DNA of 64,000 nucleotides from Nitrosopumilus sp. (lineage in GTDB: Archaea; Thermoproteota; Nitrososphaeria; Nitrososphaerales; Nitrosopumilaceae): the NCBI GenBank assembly GCA_963662625.1, contig OY759726.1, positions 1,216,001-1,280,000 on the forward strand, read 5' to 3'. Below are positions 19,350-29,336 of this stretch, piece by piece. The first letter of the stretch is position 1; each line of letters opens with the position of its first letter. The notes below the pieces were generated by a model that saw only the letters and a program-made list of their open reading frames with translations, made no database searches and was not told the DNA's origin. A program made the position numbers and the translations under genes.

Positions 19350-20396
19350 ATGAAGATAGGGGTCGTCGGCGCGTCTGGATACGTGGGGGGCGAGACGCTG
19401 CGCCTGTTGGTGAACCACCCGGGGGTGGAGATCGCGATGGTGACGTCGAGGCAGCACGTGGGGGAGTACCTGCACAGGGCGCAGCCGAGCCTGAAGGGGT
19501 TCACGGACCTCACCTTTTCCGAGCTGGACTATGACAGGATGTCCGACAAGTGCGACATCGTGTTCACCGCGGTGCCGCACGGCACGTCTACCGAGATAGT
19601 AAAGGCGCTGTACGACCGGGGGCTCAAGGTGATCGACCTCAGCGCCGACTACAGGCTGCACGCTCCGGAGGACTATGACAGGTGGTACGGCTGGGAGCAC
19701 CCGCACCCGGACTACCTGCCCAAGTCGGTCTTCGGCATCCCGGAACTGCACCGCGAGGAGATAAGGAAGGCGCAGCTGGTCTCCTGCCCGGGCTGCATGG
19801 CGGTAACGTCGATACTGGCAATCGCGCCGCTCGTAAGGAACGACATCATAGACACGGATCACATAGTGGTCGACTCCAAGATCGGGTCGTCCGGGGCCGG
19901 CTCGGGTTCCGGGACGGCGCACGCCATGAGGGCGGGGGTGATCAGGCCGTACAAGCCCGCCAAGCACAGGCACACGGGCGAGATCGAGCAGGAACTGAGC
20001 GAGGCCGCGGGGAGGAAGATCCGCGTCTCGATGAGCCCGCACGCGGTGGACGTCGTGCGCGGGATCCTGTGCACCAACCACACGTTCATGAAGAGGGACG
20101 TCGACGAGAAGGAGCTGTGGAAGCTGTACCGCCAGGCGTACGGCGGGGAGGCGTTCGTGCGGCTGATACGCGACAAGAAGGGGCTGTACAAGTTCCCGGA
20201 TCCCAAGTTCCTGGTCGGATCCAACTTCTGCGACATAGGCTTCGACCTGGACGAGGACAACCACAGGCTGATCGCGCTCTCCGCGTCCGACAACCTGATG
20301 AAGGGGGCCGCCGGCTCCGCCATCCAGAACATGAACGTCATGTGCGGGTTTGACGAAATGGACGGGCTCAGGTACACCCCGCTCACCCCGGTATAG
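19350..20396 (+). CDS. lysY: [LysW]-aminoadipate/glutamate phosphate reductase (ArgC/LysY)
   Basis: GASGYVG, DLSADYRL, CPGC, DNLMKGAAG. Confidence 0.95.
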   Translation: MKIGVVGASGYVGGETLRLLVNHPGVEIAMVTSRQHVGEYLHRAQPSLKGFTDLTFSELDYDRMSDKCDIVFTAVPHGTSTEIVKALYDRGLKVIDLSADYRLHAPEDYDRWYGWEHPHPDYLPKSVFGIPELHREEIRKAQLVSCPGCMAVTSILAIAPLVRNDIIDTDHIVVDSKIGSSGAGSGSGTAHAMRAGVIRPYKPAKHRHTGEIEQELSEAAGRKIRVSMSPHAVDVVRGILCTNHTFMKRDVDEKELWKLYRQAYGGEAFVRLIRDKKGLYKFPDPKFLVGSNFCDIGFDLDEDNHRLIALSASDNLMKGAAGSAIQNMNVMCGFDEMDGLRYTPLTPV

Positions 20397-20398
20397 CC

Positions 20399-21202
20399 AT
20401 GATCACGATCAAGATCGGCGGAAGCGTCGTGGACGACCTGCACCCGTCGTTCATCCCGGACGTCAAGAGGGCCGCCGAGCGCGAGGGGCTCGTGCTGGTC
20501 CACGGCGGCGGCAAGGAGGTGACCAAGGTCTGCGGGCAACTGGGAAAGGAGCCGCGGTTCGTCACGTCGCCAAGCGGCATCAGGAGCAGGTACACGGACA
20601 AGGAGACCGCGGAGATCTTCACGATGGTGATGTCCGGCAGGGTGAACAAGGCCATAGTCAGGATGCTGCAGGGGAGCGGGATCGACGCGATCGGCCTCTC
20701 GGGCGTGGACGCCAGGGTGATCCGGGCGGACAGGAAAAAAAGGCTGCTCATCGTAAACGAGAAGGGGAGGAAGCAGGCCATCGACGGCGGGTACACCGGG
20801 AAGATCACCGGGATAAACTCGGGGCTCATCAGGTCCCTGCTGGGGCAGGGGCTGACCCCCGTCATATCGCCGATCGCGCTAAGCGAGGAGTGCGACTTCC
20901 TGAACGTGGACGGGGACCGGGCCGCGGCATACGTGGCAGGCGGCGTGGGGGCGGACAGGGTGATCTTCATCACTGACGTCGACGGGCTGCTGGTGGACGA
21001 CAGGCTCGTCCCGCGGCTGACGCTGGCCGGGGCGAGGGAGATGCGGCCGAAGATCGGCCCCGGGATGGAAAAAAAGATCCTCGCCTCCACCGAGGCGCTG
21101 GACATGGGGGTCGGGGAGGCGCTGATCGCCAACGGGCAGAGGGAAAACCCCATATCCTCGGCGCTCGCACACGAGTCATGCACGGTGATCCGGGATGAGT
21201 GA
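20399..21202 (+). CDS. lysZ: [LysW]-aminoadipate/glutamate kinase (ArgB/LysZ)
   Basis: KIGGS, VHGGG, LNVDGDRAA. Confidence 0.95.
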   Translation: MITIKIGGSVVDDLHPSFIPDVKRAAEREGLVLVHGGGKEVTKVCGQLGKEPRFVTSPSGIRSRYTDKETAEIFTMVMSGRVNKAIVRMLQGSGIDAIGLSGVDARVIRADRKKRLLIVNEKGRKQAIDGGYTGKITGINSGLIRSLLGQGLTPVISPIALSEECDFLNVDGDRAAAYVAGGVGADRVIFITDVDGLLVDDRLVPRLTLAGAREMRPKIGPGMEKKILASTEALDMGVGEALIANGQRENPISSALAHESCTVIRDE

Positions 21203-22370
21203 AGACAGGTACATGGGGAACCTGTACCAGAGGTTCCCCGTCACCGTGGAGAGGGGGGAGGGCGCCCGCGTGTGGGACGCCGACGGCAGGGAGTACATCG
21301 ACTGCATGGGGGGGTACGGCGTGGCCCTCGTGGGGCACCGGAACGCCAGGGTCAGGGACGCGATAAAGGGGCAGGCCGACAAGATCATCACCGTCCACAG
21401 CTCGCTGTACAACAAGACGAGGGAGGAGTTCCTGGAGGTCCTGATCGGCCTCGCGCCGCCCGGGCTGACCCAGGTCCACCTCAACAACAGCGGCGCCGAG
21501 GCGGTGGAGGCGGCCATAAAGTTCGCGAGGAAGTTCACCGGGAAGAAGGGGATGGTGGCCATGAAGGGCTCCTACCACGGCAAGTCGCTCGGGGCCCTGT
21601 CCGTCACGTTCAACCCCAAGTACCGGAAGGCCTTCGAGCCGCTCGTGGAGCGGGTCACCTACGCGCCGTTTGGCGACATCGACGCGCTGCGCGAGGCGGT
21701 CGACGGGGACACCGCGTTCGTGATCCTCGAGCCGATCCAGGGGGAGAGCGGCATCAACGTGGCGCCCGACGGGTTCCTGCAACAGGTGAGGGGGCTCTGC
21801 GACGAAAAGGGCATACTGCTGATCTTCGACGAGATCCAGGCGGGGCTGGGCCGGACGGGGCGGATGTGGGCGTGCGAGCACTGGAACGCGTTCCCCGACA
21901 TCCTGTGCCTGGCCAAGGGGATAGCGGGGGGCGTCCCGATGGGCGCGACGCTGGTGCGGCCGGACATACTCGCCGCGATGGCCAAGGGGGAGCACTCGTC
22001 GACGTTCGGCGGGAACCCTCTGTCGTGCGCCGCCGGGACGGCCGCGCTCAGGGCGTTGACCGAGGACGGCCTGGTCGAGAACTCCGAAAGGATGGGGAGG
22101 CTCTTCCGGGAGGGGCTGGAGGGGCTGAGGGAGAGGCACCCGATAATCCGGGAGGTCCGGGGCAAGGGCCTGATGATAGGGGTGGAGCTCAGGTTCGACG
22201 TCAGGGAGATCCTGATGGCGCTGATCAGGGAGGGAGTCCTGATGCTGTACTCCGGCAGGAACATCCTGCGGATCCTGCCGCCGCTGGTAATAACCGGGGA
22301 GGAGGTTGCAAAAGTTTTACAAACCCTTGATTCCGTACTTACAGCGGAGGAGCGGAAGAGGAATGCATAA
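21195..22370 (+). CDS. lysJ: [LysW]-aminoadipate semialdehyde aminotransferase (ArgD/LysJ)
   Basis: NSGAEAVEAA, DEIQAGLGRTG, AKGIAGG, HSSTFGGNP. Confidence 0.95.
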   Translation: MSEDRYMGNLYQRFPVTVERGEGARVWDADGREYIDCMGGYGVALVGHRNARVRDAIKGQADKIITVHSSLYNKTREEFLEVLIGLAPPGLTQVHLNNSGAEAVEAAIKFARKFTGKKGMVAMKGSYHGKSLGALSVTFNPKYRKAFEPLVERVTYAPFGDIDALREAVDGDTAFVILEPIQGESGINVAPDGFLQQVRGLCDEKGILLIFDEIQAGLGRTGRMWACEHWNAFPDILCLAKGIAGGVPMGATLVRPDILAAMAKGEHSSTFGGNPLSCAAGTAALRALTEDGLVENSERMGRLFREGLEGLRERHPIIREVRGKGLMIGVELRFDVREILMALIREGVLMLYSGRNILRILPPLVITGEEVAKVLQTLDSVLTAEERKRNA

Positions 22371-22782
22371 GGACAAGACCGACGCCAAGATAATAGCCTA
22401 CCTGAAGGACAACTCCAGGGAGTCCTTCGTGGACATCGGGAAGAGCCTGGGCCTGTCCGAGTCGGCCATACGGAGGAGGGTGAAGAACCTGACGGAGAAC
22501 GGGACGATCAAGAGGTTCACCGTCGAGATCAGCGAGGAGGAGGCCACCAGCGCAATCGTCCTGATCTCGGTGGACTCTGCGACGGACACGGCGAAGGTCT
22601 CGCTGAAGCTCGCAAAGCTGGAGAGGGTGAAGACCGTCTACGAGATAACGGGCCAGTACGACATCACCACGATAATCAGCGCGCCGAGCATATCGGGGAT
22701 CAACTCGTGCATCGACGCGCTCAGGAAGATCCCGGGAGTGATGGACACCAACACGGTGATAATACTGAGGAAGATCGCCTAG
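22363..22782 (+). CDS. lysM: Lrp/AsnC-family regulator LysM
   Basis: N-terminal HTH (GLSESAIRRRV), EITGQYD; located within the lys cluster. Confidence 0.85.
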   Translation: MHKDKTDAKIIAYLKDNSRESFVDIGKSLGLSESAIRRRVKNLTENGTIKRFTVEISEEEATSAIVLISVDSATDTAKVSLKLAKLERVKTVYEITGQYDITTIISAPSISGINSCIDALRKIPGVMDTNTVIILRKIA

Positions 22783-22899
22783 GGCTGGATCTCGTCCGGG
22801 ATCCGCCAGAATGGCCCGGATCGGGATCAGCGGCGGCATTTTCCAGCGATGTTAGTACGAATATGTTTATATTCCCAATTATTTATAACGAATTCTGTA

Positions 22900-24066
22900 A
22901 TGAAGGATCCGAATCACTATGCGAACCTCTACAACGCCTACGACAGGAACCCTGCGAGGATACGCGTGCTGGACAGCACCCTGAGGGAGGGTGAGCAGCA
23001 CCCGGGGGTGTCGTTTACCAACAAGCAGCGTATACAGATAGCGTGGATGCTGGACTATTTCGGCGTGGACCAGATCGAGATCTCCCCGGTCATATCGAGC
23101 GACCACAGGGAGGCCACCAAGACGATAATCAAGCAGGGGCTGACGGCCGACATCGTGTCCCACGGGAGGGCGCTCAGGGAGGACATCGACGTGTCCCTGG
23201 CATGCGACGCGCGGTGGTGCGCGGCGTACCTGGGGGTCTCGGACATACACCTGCGCGACAAGCTCCGCATCACGCGGGAGCAGGCGCTGGAGAGGGCCGT
23301 CCGGACGGTGGAATACGCAAAGTCCCACGGGCTGAAGATCCGGTTCACGGTGGAGGACGGCAGCAGGGCCGACCCGGAGTTCCTGCTGGAGGTGTGCCGG
23401 GCGATCGAGGCCGCCGGCGTGGACAGGATCAGCCTTCCAGACACGATAGGCATCCTGCGCCCGGTCGGGATGCGCAACTTTGTCAAGCTGGTGAGGGGCG
23501 CGGTAGGCGTCCCGCTCGACGCGCACGTGCACAACGACATGGGGTTCGCGCTGGCAAACGCCTTCTCGGCGTGCGACGCGGGGGTGGACCAGATACACAC
23601 CACCATAGACGGGATCGGCGAGAGGACCGGGATCCCGCCGCTGGCCGAGGTCGCGGTGGCGCTGACCTACCTCTACAAGTCCCCCAACGACTTCAGGCTG
23701 GACATGCTGCTGGACCTGTCGAGGCTGATCGAGGAGTACACCTCCATAGCGCCGTACGACTCCAAGCCGATCGTGGGCGCGTCGGCCTACAAGCACAAGG
23801 CAGGCACGCACCTCGCTGCCATACTCAGGAACCCGGCCGCGTACGAGCCCATACCCCCCAGGGCGGTGGGAAACCGGCGCAGGATAGTGTTCGGGGAGCT
23901 CGCCGGCAAGACCGGGGCCGCGTACCTCATGTCGCTGCTGGGCCTCGGGAGGGACGAGGCGCAGGCAAGGGACGTCGCGCTGGGGCTGAAGAGGCTGAGG
24001 ATGGGGGACCTGATCGAGATCCCGCTGGAGAACGCGCTTGAAAAAAAGATAATTAATGACAAATAA
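22900..24066 (+). CDS. Homocitrate synthase (LeuA/HCS family)
   Basis: DSTLREGEQ, HVHNDMG, GIGERTG; no LeuA regulatory domain; lys cluster context. Confidence 0.88.
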   Translation: MKDPNHYANLYNAYDRNPARIRVLDSTLREGEQHPGVSFTNKQRIQIAWMLDYFGVDQIEISPVISSDHREATKTIIKQGLTADIVSHGRALREDIDVSLACDARWCAAYLGVSDIHLRDKLRITREQALERAVRTVEYAKSHGLKIRFTVEDGSRADPEFLLEVCRAIEAAGVDRISLPDTIGILRPVGMRNFVKLVRGAVGVPLDAHVHNDMGFALANAFSACDAGVDQIHTTIDGIGERTGIPPLAEVAVALTYLYKSPNDFRLDMLLDLSRLIEEYTSIAPYDSKPIVGASAYKHKAGTHLAAILRNPAAYEPIPPRAVGNRRRIVFGELAGKTGAAYLMSLLGLGRDEAQARDVALGLKRLRMGDLIEIPLENALEKKIINDK

Positions 24067-24089
24067 GGAGGAAAGGGGGATGGAAAGAC

Positions 24090-24257
24090 ATGACCAAATG
24101 CGATGAATGCGACGCGGACATCCCCGTTCCGGCCGACGCGCTGGAGGGGGAGATCGTGACGTGCCCCGAATGCGGCGCCAGCTTCGAGCTGGCAAAGGGC
24201 CAGGACGGCTTCGCACTAAAGCCCGCCCAGACGGTCGGCGAGGACTGGGGGCAGTGA
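24090..24257 (+). CDS. lysW: Amino-group carrier protein LysW (copy 2, ends EDWGQ)
   Basis: Not in ORF track; MTKCDECD...CPECG...VGEDWGQ, 55 aa. Confidence 0.93.
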   Translation: MTKCDECDADIPVPADALEGEIVTCPECGASFELAKGQDGFALKPAQTVGEDWGQ

Positions 24258-25099
24258 GTCCTGACGTCACCGTCCTCTACGATACAATCCGCTGGGAAGA
24301 AAAGGCGCTGCTAGAAGCGGGAAGAAAGAACGGCGTCAGCGTCAGGATGGTGGACTGCAAGAAACTGTCGCTGGATCTGGAGGGGAATCCCGGGGATTAC
24401 GGGGTGGTGATCCAGCGGTGCGTGAGCTACTACAGGAACCTGCACTCGACGGCCGCGCTGGAGGGGATGGGCGTAGACGTGATCAACTGCCTCGACACGG
24501 GGATCTTCGCGGGAAACAAGCTGTTCACGCACATGCTGCTCAAGAAGGCGGGAGTCCCGACGCCGCGCGCCACGGTCGCGTTCTCCAAGGACGCCGCGCT
24601 GGAGGCGCTGGACTGCCAGGGATACCCCCGGGTGATCAAGCCCACCGTGGGAAGCTGGGGGAGGATGGTCTCCAAGCTGAACGACAGGGACTCGGCCGAG
24701 GGGATAATGGAGGGCAGGGAGTCCATGTACCCGATATACCGGGTCCACTACCTGGAGGAGTTCGTCAAGAGGCCCCCCCGGGACATCCGGGCGATCGTGG
24801 TGGGGGACAGGATCGTGGCGGCGATATACAGGTCGTCTGCGGACGGCAGCTGGAAGACCAACATGGCGCTGGGAGGCACCGCGCAGGAATGCAAGGTGAC
24901 CCCCGAGATGGAGGAGATCTGCATCAGGGCGAAAAAAGCGGTCCGGGGGGAGATCGTGGGGGTGGACCTGATGGAGAGCGAGGATGGGGGGCTGGTAGTC
25001 CACGAGGTGAACAATACCACTGAATACAAGAACACGGTCAGGGTGTGCGGGGTCGACATCCCGTCGCTGATGCTCGACCATGCGAGATCGGCAAGGTAG
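24254..25099 (+). CDS. lysX: Alpha-aminoadipate-LysW ligase LysX
   Basis: KPTVGSWGR, C-terminal EYKNT (LysX-type); GTG start overlaps the lysW stop. Confidence 0.85.
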   Translation: MSPDVTVLYDTIRWEEKALLEAGRKNGVSVRMVDCKKLSLDLEGNPGDYGVVIQRCVSYYRNLHSTAALEGMGVDVINCLDTGIFAGNKLFTHMLLKKAGVPTPRATVAFSKDAALEALDCQGYPRVIKPTVGSWGRMVSKLNDRDSAEGIMEGRESMYPIYRVHYLEEFVKRPPRDIRAIVVGDRIVAAIYRSSADGSWKTNMALGGTAQECKVTPEMEEICIRAKKAVRGEIVGVDLMESEDGGLVVHEVNNTTEYKNTVRVCGVDIPSLMLDHARSAR

Positions 25100-25101
25100 G
25101 A

Positions 25102-26244
25102 ATGGACCCCACGTTTACCGTCACTCCGCGGCTCGCAGTGAAGATGCTGGAGACGGCCCTCCGCCTGTACACCCCGTCGCTGGACGAGAAGCCTATGGCG
25201 GAGTTCCTCGAGGACAAGTGCGACGACCTGGGATTCTACGACATATCTGTAGACGAGGTCGGGAACCTGATCGCCAAGAAGGGCTCGGGCTCCCCGCGAA
25301 TAATGCTCTGCGGGCACATGGACGTGGTGCCCGGCAAGGTCAGGGTGCGCAGGGAGGGCGACGCGCTCTACGGGAGGGGGGCCTCCGACGCAAAGGCGCC
25401 GCTCATGGCGATGCTGCTCGCGGCTGCGTCCGTCGGGGAAGGAGACGGGACGATCACCTTCGTGGGGGCAGTCGACGAGGAGGGCAACGCGACCGGGATC
25501 AAGAACCTGGTGAAGAAGGAGATGGGCGTGGACTATGCGGTGTTCGGCGAGCCCAGCGGGGTCAGGCAGGTGACCATCGCGTACAAGGGAAGGCTGGCGA
25601 TCAACCTGATGATAAACGTGGGGGACAGCTCGCATGCCAGCGCTCCCTGGCTCTCCAAGAACGCGATAGAGGAGACGATGATCTTCTCGAGGGAGCTCAG
25701 GGAGGGGCTGGAGTCCGGCCAGGAGGGCAGGACCAAGGGCATGCTCCTCACTGCCACCCTCACCGAGATGGCCGGCGGGACTAGCCACAACGTGACGCCG
25801 AGGGAGTGCAAGTCCGTCTTTGACATACGGATACCGGTGGACATGGACTGCAAGGGCGTGGAGCAGAGGATCTCGATACTGGTAAAGGACATCGCCCGGA
25901 GGCGCGGGGTGGAGGCGTTCTACTCCATACTGGACGAGACCGAGCCCTTCGAGGCACCGCACGACTCCCCCATAGTCAGGGCGCTGACCCTGGGGATATG
26001 CGACGTGGAGAACGCCAGGCCGACCCTGATCCGGAAGACGGGCACGGGCGACATGAACGTACTCGGAAACCAGTGGAAGATCCCGGTAGTCACGTACGGC
26101 CCGGGCGATCCGCACGAGTCCCACACGATCGACGAGAAGGTCTCGATCGACGAGTACCTCCGCGGAATCGAGATCCTGAAGCGGACCCTGGCCCACCTGA
26201 AGAGGCTCCACGACAGGAAGGCGCGCCGATGCTCTGGTTCGTAG
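25102..26244 (+). CDS. lysK: [LysW]-lysine/ornithine hydrolase (M20, ArgE/LysK)
   Basis: GHMDVVPG, GRGASDAK, DEEG, TGTGDMN. Confidence 0.93.
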   Translation: MDPTFTVTPRLAVKMLETALRLYTPSLDEKPMAEFLEDKCDDLGFYDISVDEVGNLIAKKGSGSPRIMLCGHMDVVPGKVRVRREGDALYGRGASDAKAPLMAMLLAAASVGEGDGTITFVGAVDEEGNATGIKNLVKKEMGVDYAVFGEPSGVRQVTIAYKGRLAINLMINVGDSSHASAPWLSKNAIEETMIFSRELREGLESGQEGRTKGMLLTATLTEMAGGTSHNVTPRECKSVFDIRIPVDMDCKGVEQRISILVKDIARRRGVEAFYSILDETEPFEAPHDSPIVRALTLGICDVENARPTLIRKTGTGDMNVLGNQWKIPVVTYGPGDPHESHTIDEKVSIDEYLRGIEILKRTLAHLKRLHDRKARRCSGS

Positions 26245-27266
26245 GCCTGGGGATATCCGCCCCCGGGTCGATCCCGGCCGAGGCGTCGGGGATCCTCTCG
26301 GCGGCTGACGTGGTGTACGTGGAGCAGTTCACCAGCCCGGTCGCCGCGGCGGACCTCGAGCAGATCGGGGAGGCGGCCGGCGGCCGGCTCAGGCTTGCAA
26401 AGAGGTGGATGGTGGAGGACGGGAAGGAGATCCTGGGCAACGCGCGGGACAAGAACGTCGTCCTGCTCTCGTACGGGGACCCGTACGTCGCCACCACGCA
26501 CGCGGAGCTGAGGACGAGGGCCGCCAGGGAGAACATAGAGACCCGCTCGGTGCACGCCTCGTCGTCCCTGACGGCGGCGGTGGGGGAGTGCGGCCTGCAC
26601 TTCTACAAGATCGGGAGGATCGCCACGGTAATGGGGGACCCGAAGTCGCTTGCCACCCCCTACTACATCGTCTACAGGAACGCCGTCGAGGGAAACCACA
26701 CCGTCCTGCTGCTGGAGTACGACCAGGACGGGGGCTTTTTCCTTGACCCGAAGGACGCGCTAGGCGCCCTGGTGCGCGCCGAAGAGGGGCAGGGGAGGGG
26801 CGTGGTGGGCCCCTCCACCTTCGCCGTCGTGGCGTCAAGGATAGGGTCCGGGGACCAGGCCGTCACATGCGGCCTGGTGTCGAGCCTGGAGGGAGCCGAC
26901 CTGGGCAGGCCGCCGCATACCCTGATAATCCCGGGCCGGCTGCACTTCACCGAGGCCGACGCGCTGAGGGCACTCTGCACCTGCCTGGACGAGCCCCGGG
27001 ACAACGAGGTGCGGAAGATCTCCTCCCAGATGATGGAAAAGTACGTCCCGATGGTGAGGGAGGCCCTCGAGGAGGTGAGGCCGCGCTGCGAGGGCAGGGG
27101 GTACGACGGCATACTGGAGAACGCGGAGCTTTACGTGCGCGACGCCGAAAAGTTCCTGGAGGACGGCCAGGACGAGGTGGCCATACTCAGCATAGGCTAC
27201 GCCGACGGGCTGGTGGACGCGCTGAGGCTCGCCACGGGGATGGATCCGAAGTCATCGATGAATTAA
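26229..27266 (+). CDS. dph5: Diphthine synthase with C-terminal DUF357-like domain
   Basis: GDPYVATTH, GLHFYKIG, LHFTEADAL, SIGYADGLVDAL. Confidence 0.92.
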   Translation: MLWFVGLGISAPGSIPAEASGILSAADVVYVEQFTSPVAAADLEQIGEAAGGRLRLAKRWMVEDGKEILGNARDKNVVLLSYGDPYVATTHAELRTRAARENIETRSVHASSSLTAAVGECGLHFYKIGRIATVMGDPKSLATPYYIVYRNAVEGNHTVLLLEYDQDGGFFLDPKDALGALVRAEEGQGRGVVGPSTFAVVASRIGSGDQAVTCGLVSSLEGADLGRPPHTLIIPGRLHFTEADALRALCTCLDEPRDNEVRKISSQMMEKYVPMVREALEEVRPRCEGRGYDGILENAELYVRDAEKFLEDGQDEVAILSIGYADGLVDALRLATGMDPKSSMN

Positions 27267-27292
27267 AGAGAGGGTGCCCCGCAGGGAGTGCC

Positions 27293-27910
27293 GTGGACGC
27301 GCTGGAAAGATCGATCCTGACGTGCATGTACGTGGCCGGGATCAGCGGCCGGGATCCCTACGACCTACTGGGGGAGAGGAACGCGACCCCGAGGGCCGTG
27401 ATCGACTCCTGCACCGGCGGGCTCGTAAGGAACGGCCTGGTGGACGGGGACGGCAGGACCCTGACGGAACTCGGGCGGAACTCCCTGAGGGTGGTCCTTG
27501 CGGGGGGCGTGTTTGACATCATCCACCCGGGCCACATCCACACCCTGAATGCCGCCAGGGCGCTGGGGGACGTCCTGGTGGTGGTGGTGGCCACCGACAA
27601 CACGGCGGTACGGATGAAGAAGAGGAGGCCGCTCCACGATCAGGGGCAGAGGCAGGAGCTCGTCAACTCCCTCGCCATGGTGGATTTCGGCCTGGTGGGA
27701 CAGGAGGACGACATCTTCAGGACCGTGAGCCTCGTGAGGCCACAGATCATCGCGCTTGGCTACGACCAGGCGCACCAGGAGAAGTTCATCGTCGAGGGGT
27801 GCCAGAGGATCAACCTCGACGCAAGCGTCGCGAGGCTGCAGTCGCCCATCCCGGGGAGCTCCAGCTCGAAGATCGAGCGGGAGTACGGCCGATCCATACA
27901 CGGGATCTGA
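27293..27910 (+). CDS. ribL: FAD synthase / cytidylyltransferase family
   Basis: GGVFDIIHPGHI (HxGH), IALGYDQ, SSSKI; start inferred. Confidence 0.85.
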   Translation: MDALERSILTCMYVAGISGRDPYDLLGERNATPRAVIDSCTGGLVRNGLVDGDGRTLTELGRNSLRVVLAGGVFDIIHPGHIHTLNAARALGDVLVVVVATDNTAVRMKKRRPLHDQGQRQELVNSLAMVDFGLVGQEDDIFRTVSLVRPQIIALGYDQAHQEKFIVEGCQRINLDASVARLQSPIPGSSSSKIEREYGRSIHGI

Positions 27911-27917
27911 CCGCCGC

Positions 27918-28565
27918 CTACCATACCACGTGTACCAGGTCCTTGAGGTTCCGCCTGGGCTTCGGGTGCTTCATCTTCGGCGCGTAGCCGATGCACATCA
28001 CGCAGGACGGGATCAGTTTGGTGCCGATTATGTCCGCCACCTCCTGCTCGTCAAACTTCCCGATCCATATGGAGCTGAGCCCCAGCGCGTGCGCCGCCAG
28101 CTGGGAATAAGCTGCGGCCAGGGTGGCGTCCTGTATGGCGAACTTCTTCAGGGTGTACTCGCTAAAGTCAAGCTTCACCCTGGCAGGGTTCTTGCAGAAG
28201 ACCAGGACCAGGGGCGCGTTCACGTAGGCCTGGTTGTTGCAGGCCCCGACCAGCCTCTCTTTCTTCTCGGGGCTCTTCACGTAGTAGATCTCGAACCCCT
28301 GGAAGTTCCCGGCGGTCGGCGCCGTGTCGGCCGCGGAGATTATCTTGTCCACCTTTATGGTCTCGACGGGCCTGTTGGTGAACTTCCTCGTGGAGCGCCG
28401 CTTGGCCATTATGGCAAACAGGTCGGTGTCGACCGACGCCTCCGGCGCGGACTCCAGTATGTGGTTGAGCAGCTCGTTGTGGATGCCGGGGTGCAGCTCG
28501 GGGATGGTCTCAGACGGTTCGTAGCCAAGCGGGTATATCCTTTCTGGCTCGCCGTGCTGCGCCAT
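27918..28565 (-). CDS. Nitroreductase family protein
   Basis: KRRSTRKF, APTAGNFQ, GLSSIWIG. Confidence 0.9.
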   Translation of the reverse strand: MAQHGEPERIYPLGYEPSETIPELHPGIHNELLNHILESAPEASVDTDLFAIMAKRRSTRKFTNRPVETIKVDKIISAADTAPTAGNFQGFEIYYVKSPEKKERLVGACNNQAYVNAPLVLVFCKNPARVKLDFSEYTLKKFAIQDATLAAAYSQLAAHALGLSSIWIGKFDEQEVADIIGTKLIPSCVMCIGYAPKMKHPKPRRNLKDLVHVVW

Positions 28566-28648
28566 GTCGCTACTCTGAATCTTGTAATATAACCTTTTGG
28601 TTGCCGCGCAGGCACGGCCGCCGGGCACGGGGCCCGGGGGCGCGGCGC

Positions 28649-29329
28649 CTAGGGATCGGGCCGGACCTCTATCAGGACCCTCGAACCGTCCTTCAGCCTG
28701 CCGGAATCCCTTATGCATGTCCCGGAGATCACCTCGATTATGGAGTCGTCGTGGTGCGTGCGTTCCAGGATCACCAGCTCGCCCCTGATGGACCCGTTCA
28801 CCGTGCAGCCAAAGCACTTTACCCACCCGTAGGTCCTCTTCCCGTCCGAGAAGCCGTTGATCCTGACTCCCTCCAAATTCCCGAGCTGCTTGATCGCGTC
28901 CCGGTGCAGCTTGCTTTCAAGCCTCACGTTGAGGGTTCCGGGGAACGGCACGTAGCCGATCTTGGACTTGAACTGCCTGGCGTACCCCCTGAGGGACATG
29001 TAGTAGGCGCCCTCGCCCATCCCGGAGACCAGCCTTCCCTCCAGTTCCACGCCGGACGTGGAACCCAGGCTCCTCTGGAGGACCGACGAGAGCTTCAGCA
29101 CCTCCGAGTGCCCCTTGGCGGTGACCCTGATCGAGACGTTCCTGCCGTCGATCGCCCTCTCCACGAACCTGCCGTTCTCCAGCTCCAGCAGGTGCCTTGA
29201 CGCCGCCTGCTGGGACTTTTTGATGCTCCTTCCGAGCTCGGCGGTGGTGACTGCGACAAAGTTGCGCCTTGCCCCCTTCGAGAGCAGGTGGGCGAGAGTT
29301 AGGATGTGCTGAATCTTTAGTTCAGTCAT
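28649..29329 (-). CDS. ribK: CTP-dependent riboflavin kinase with N-terminal HTH
   Basis: SQQAASRHL HTH, SGMGEGAYY, PFPGTLNV. Confidence 0.93.
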   Translation of the reverse strand: MTELKIQHILTLAHLLSKGARRNFVAVTTAELGRSIKKSQQAASRHLLELENGRFVERAIDGRNVSIRVTAKGHSEVLKLSSVLQRSLGSTSGVELEGRLVSGMGEGAYYMSLRGYARQFKSKIGYVPFPGTLNVRLESKLHRDAIKQLGNLEGVRINGFSDGKRTYGWVKCFGCTVNGSIRGELVILERTHHDDSIIEVISGTCIRDSGRLKDGSRVLIEVRPDP

Positions 29330-29336
29330 CTAGATC

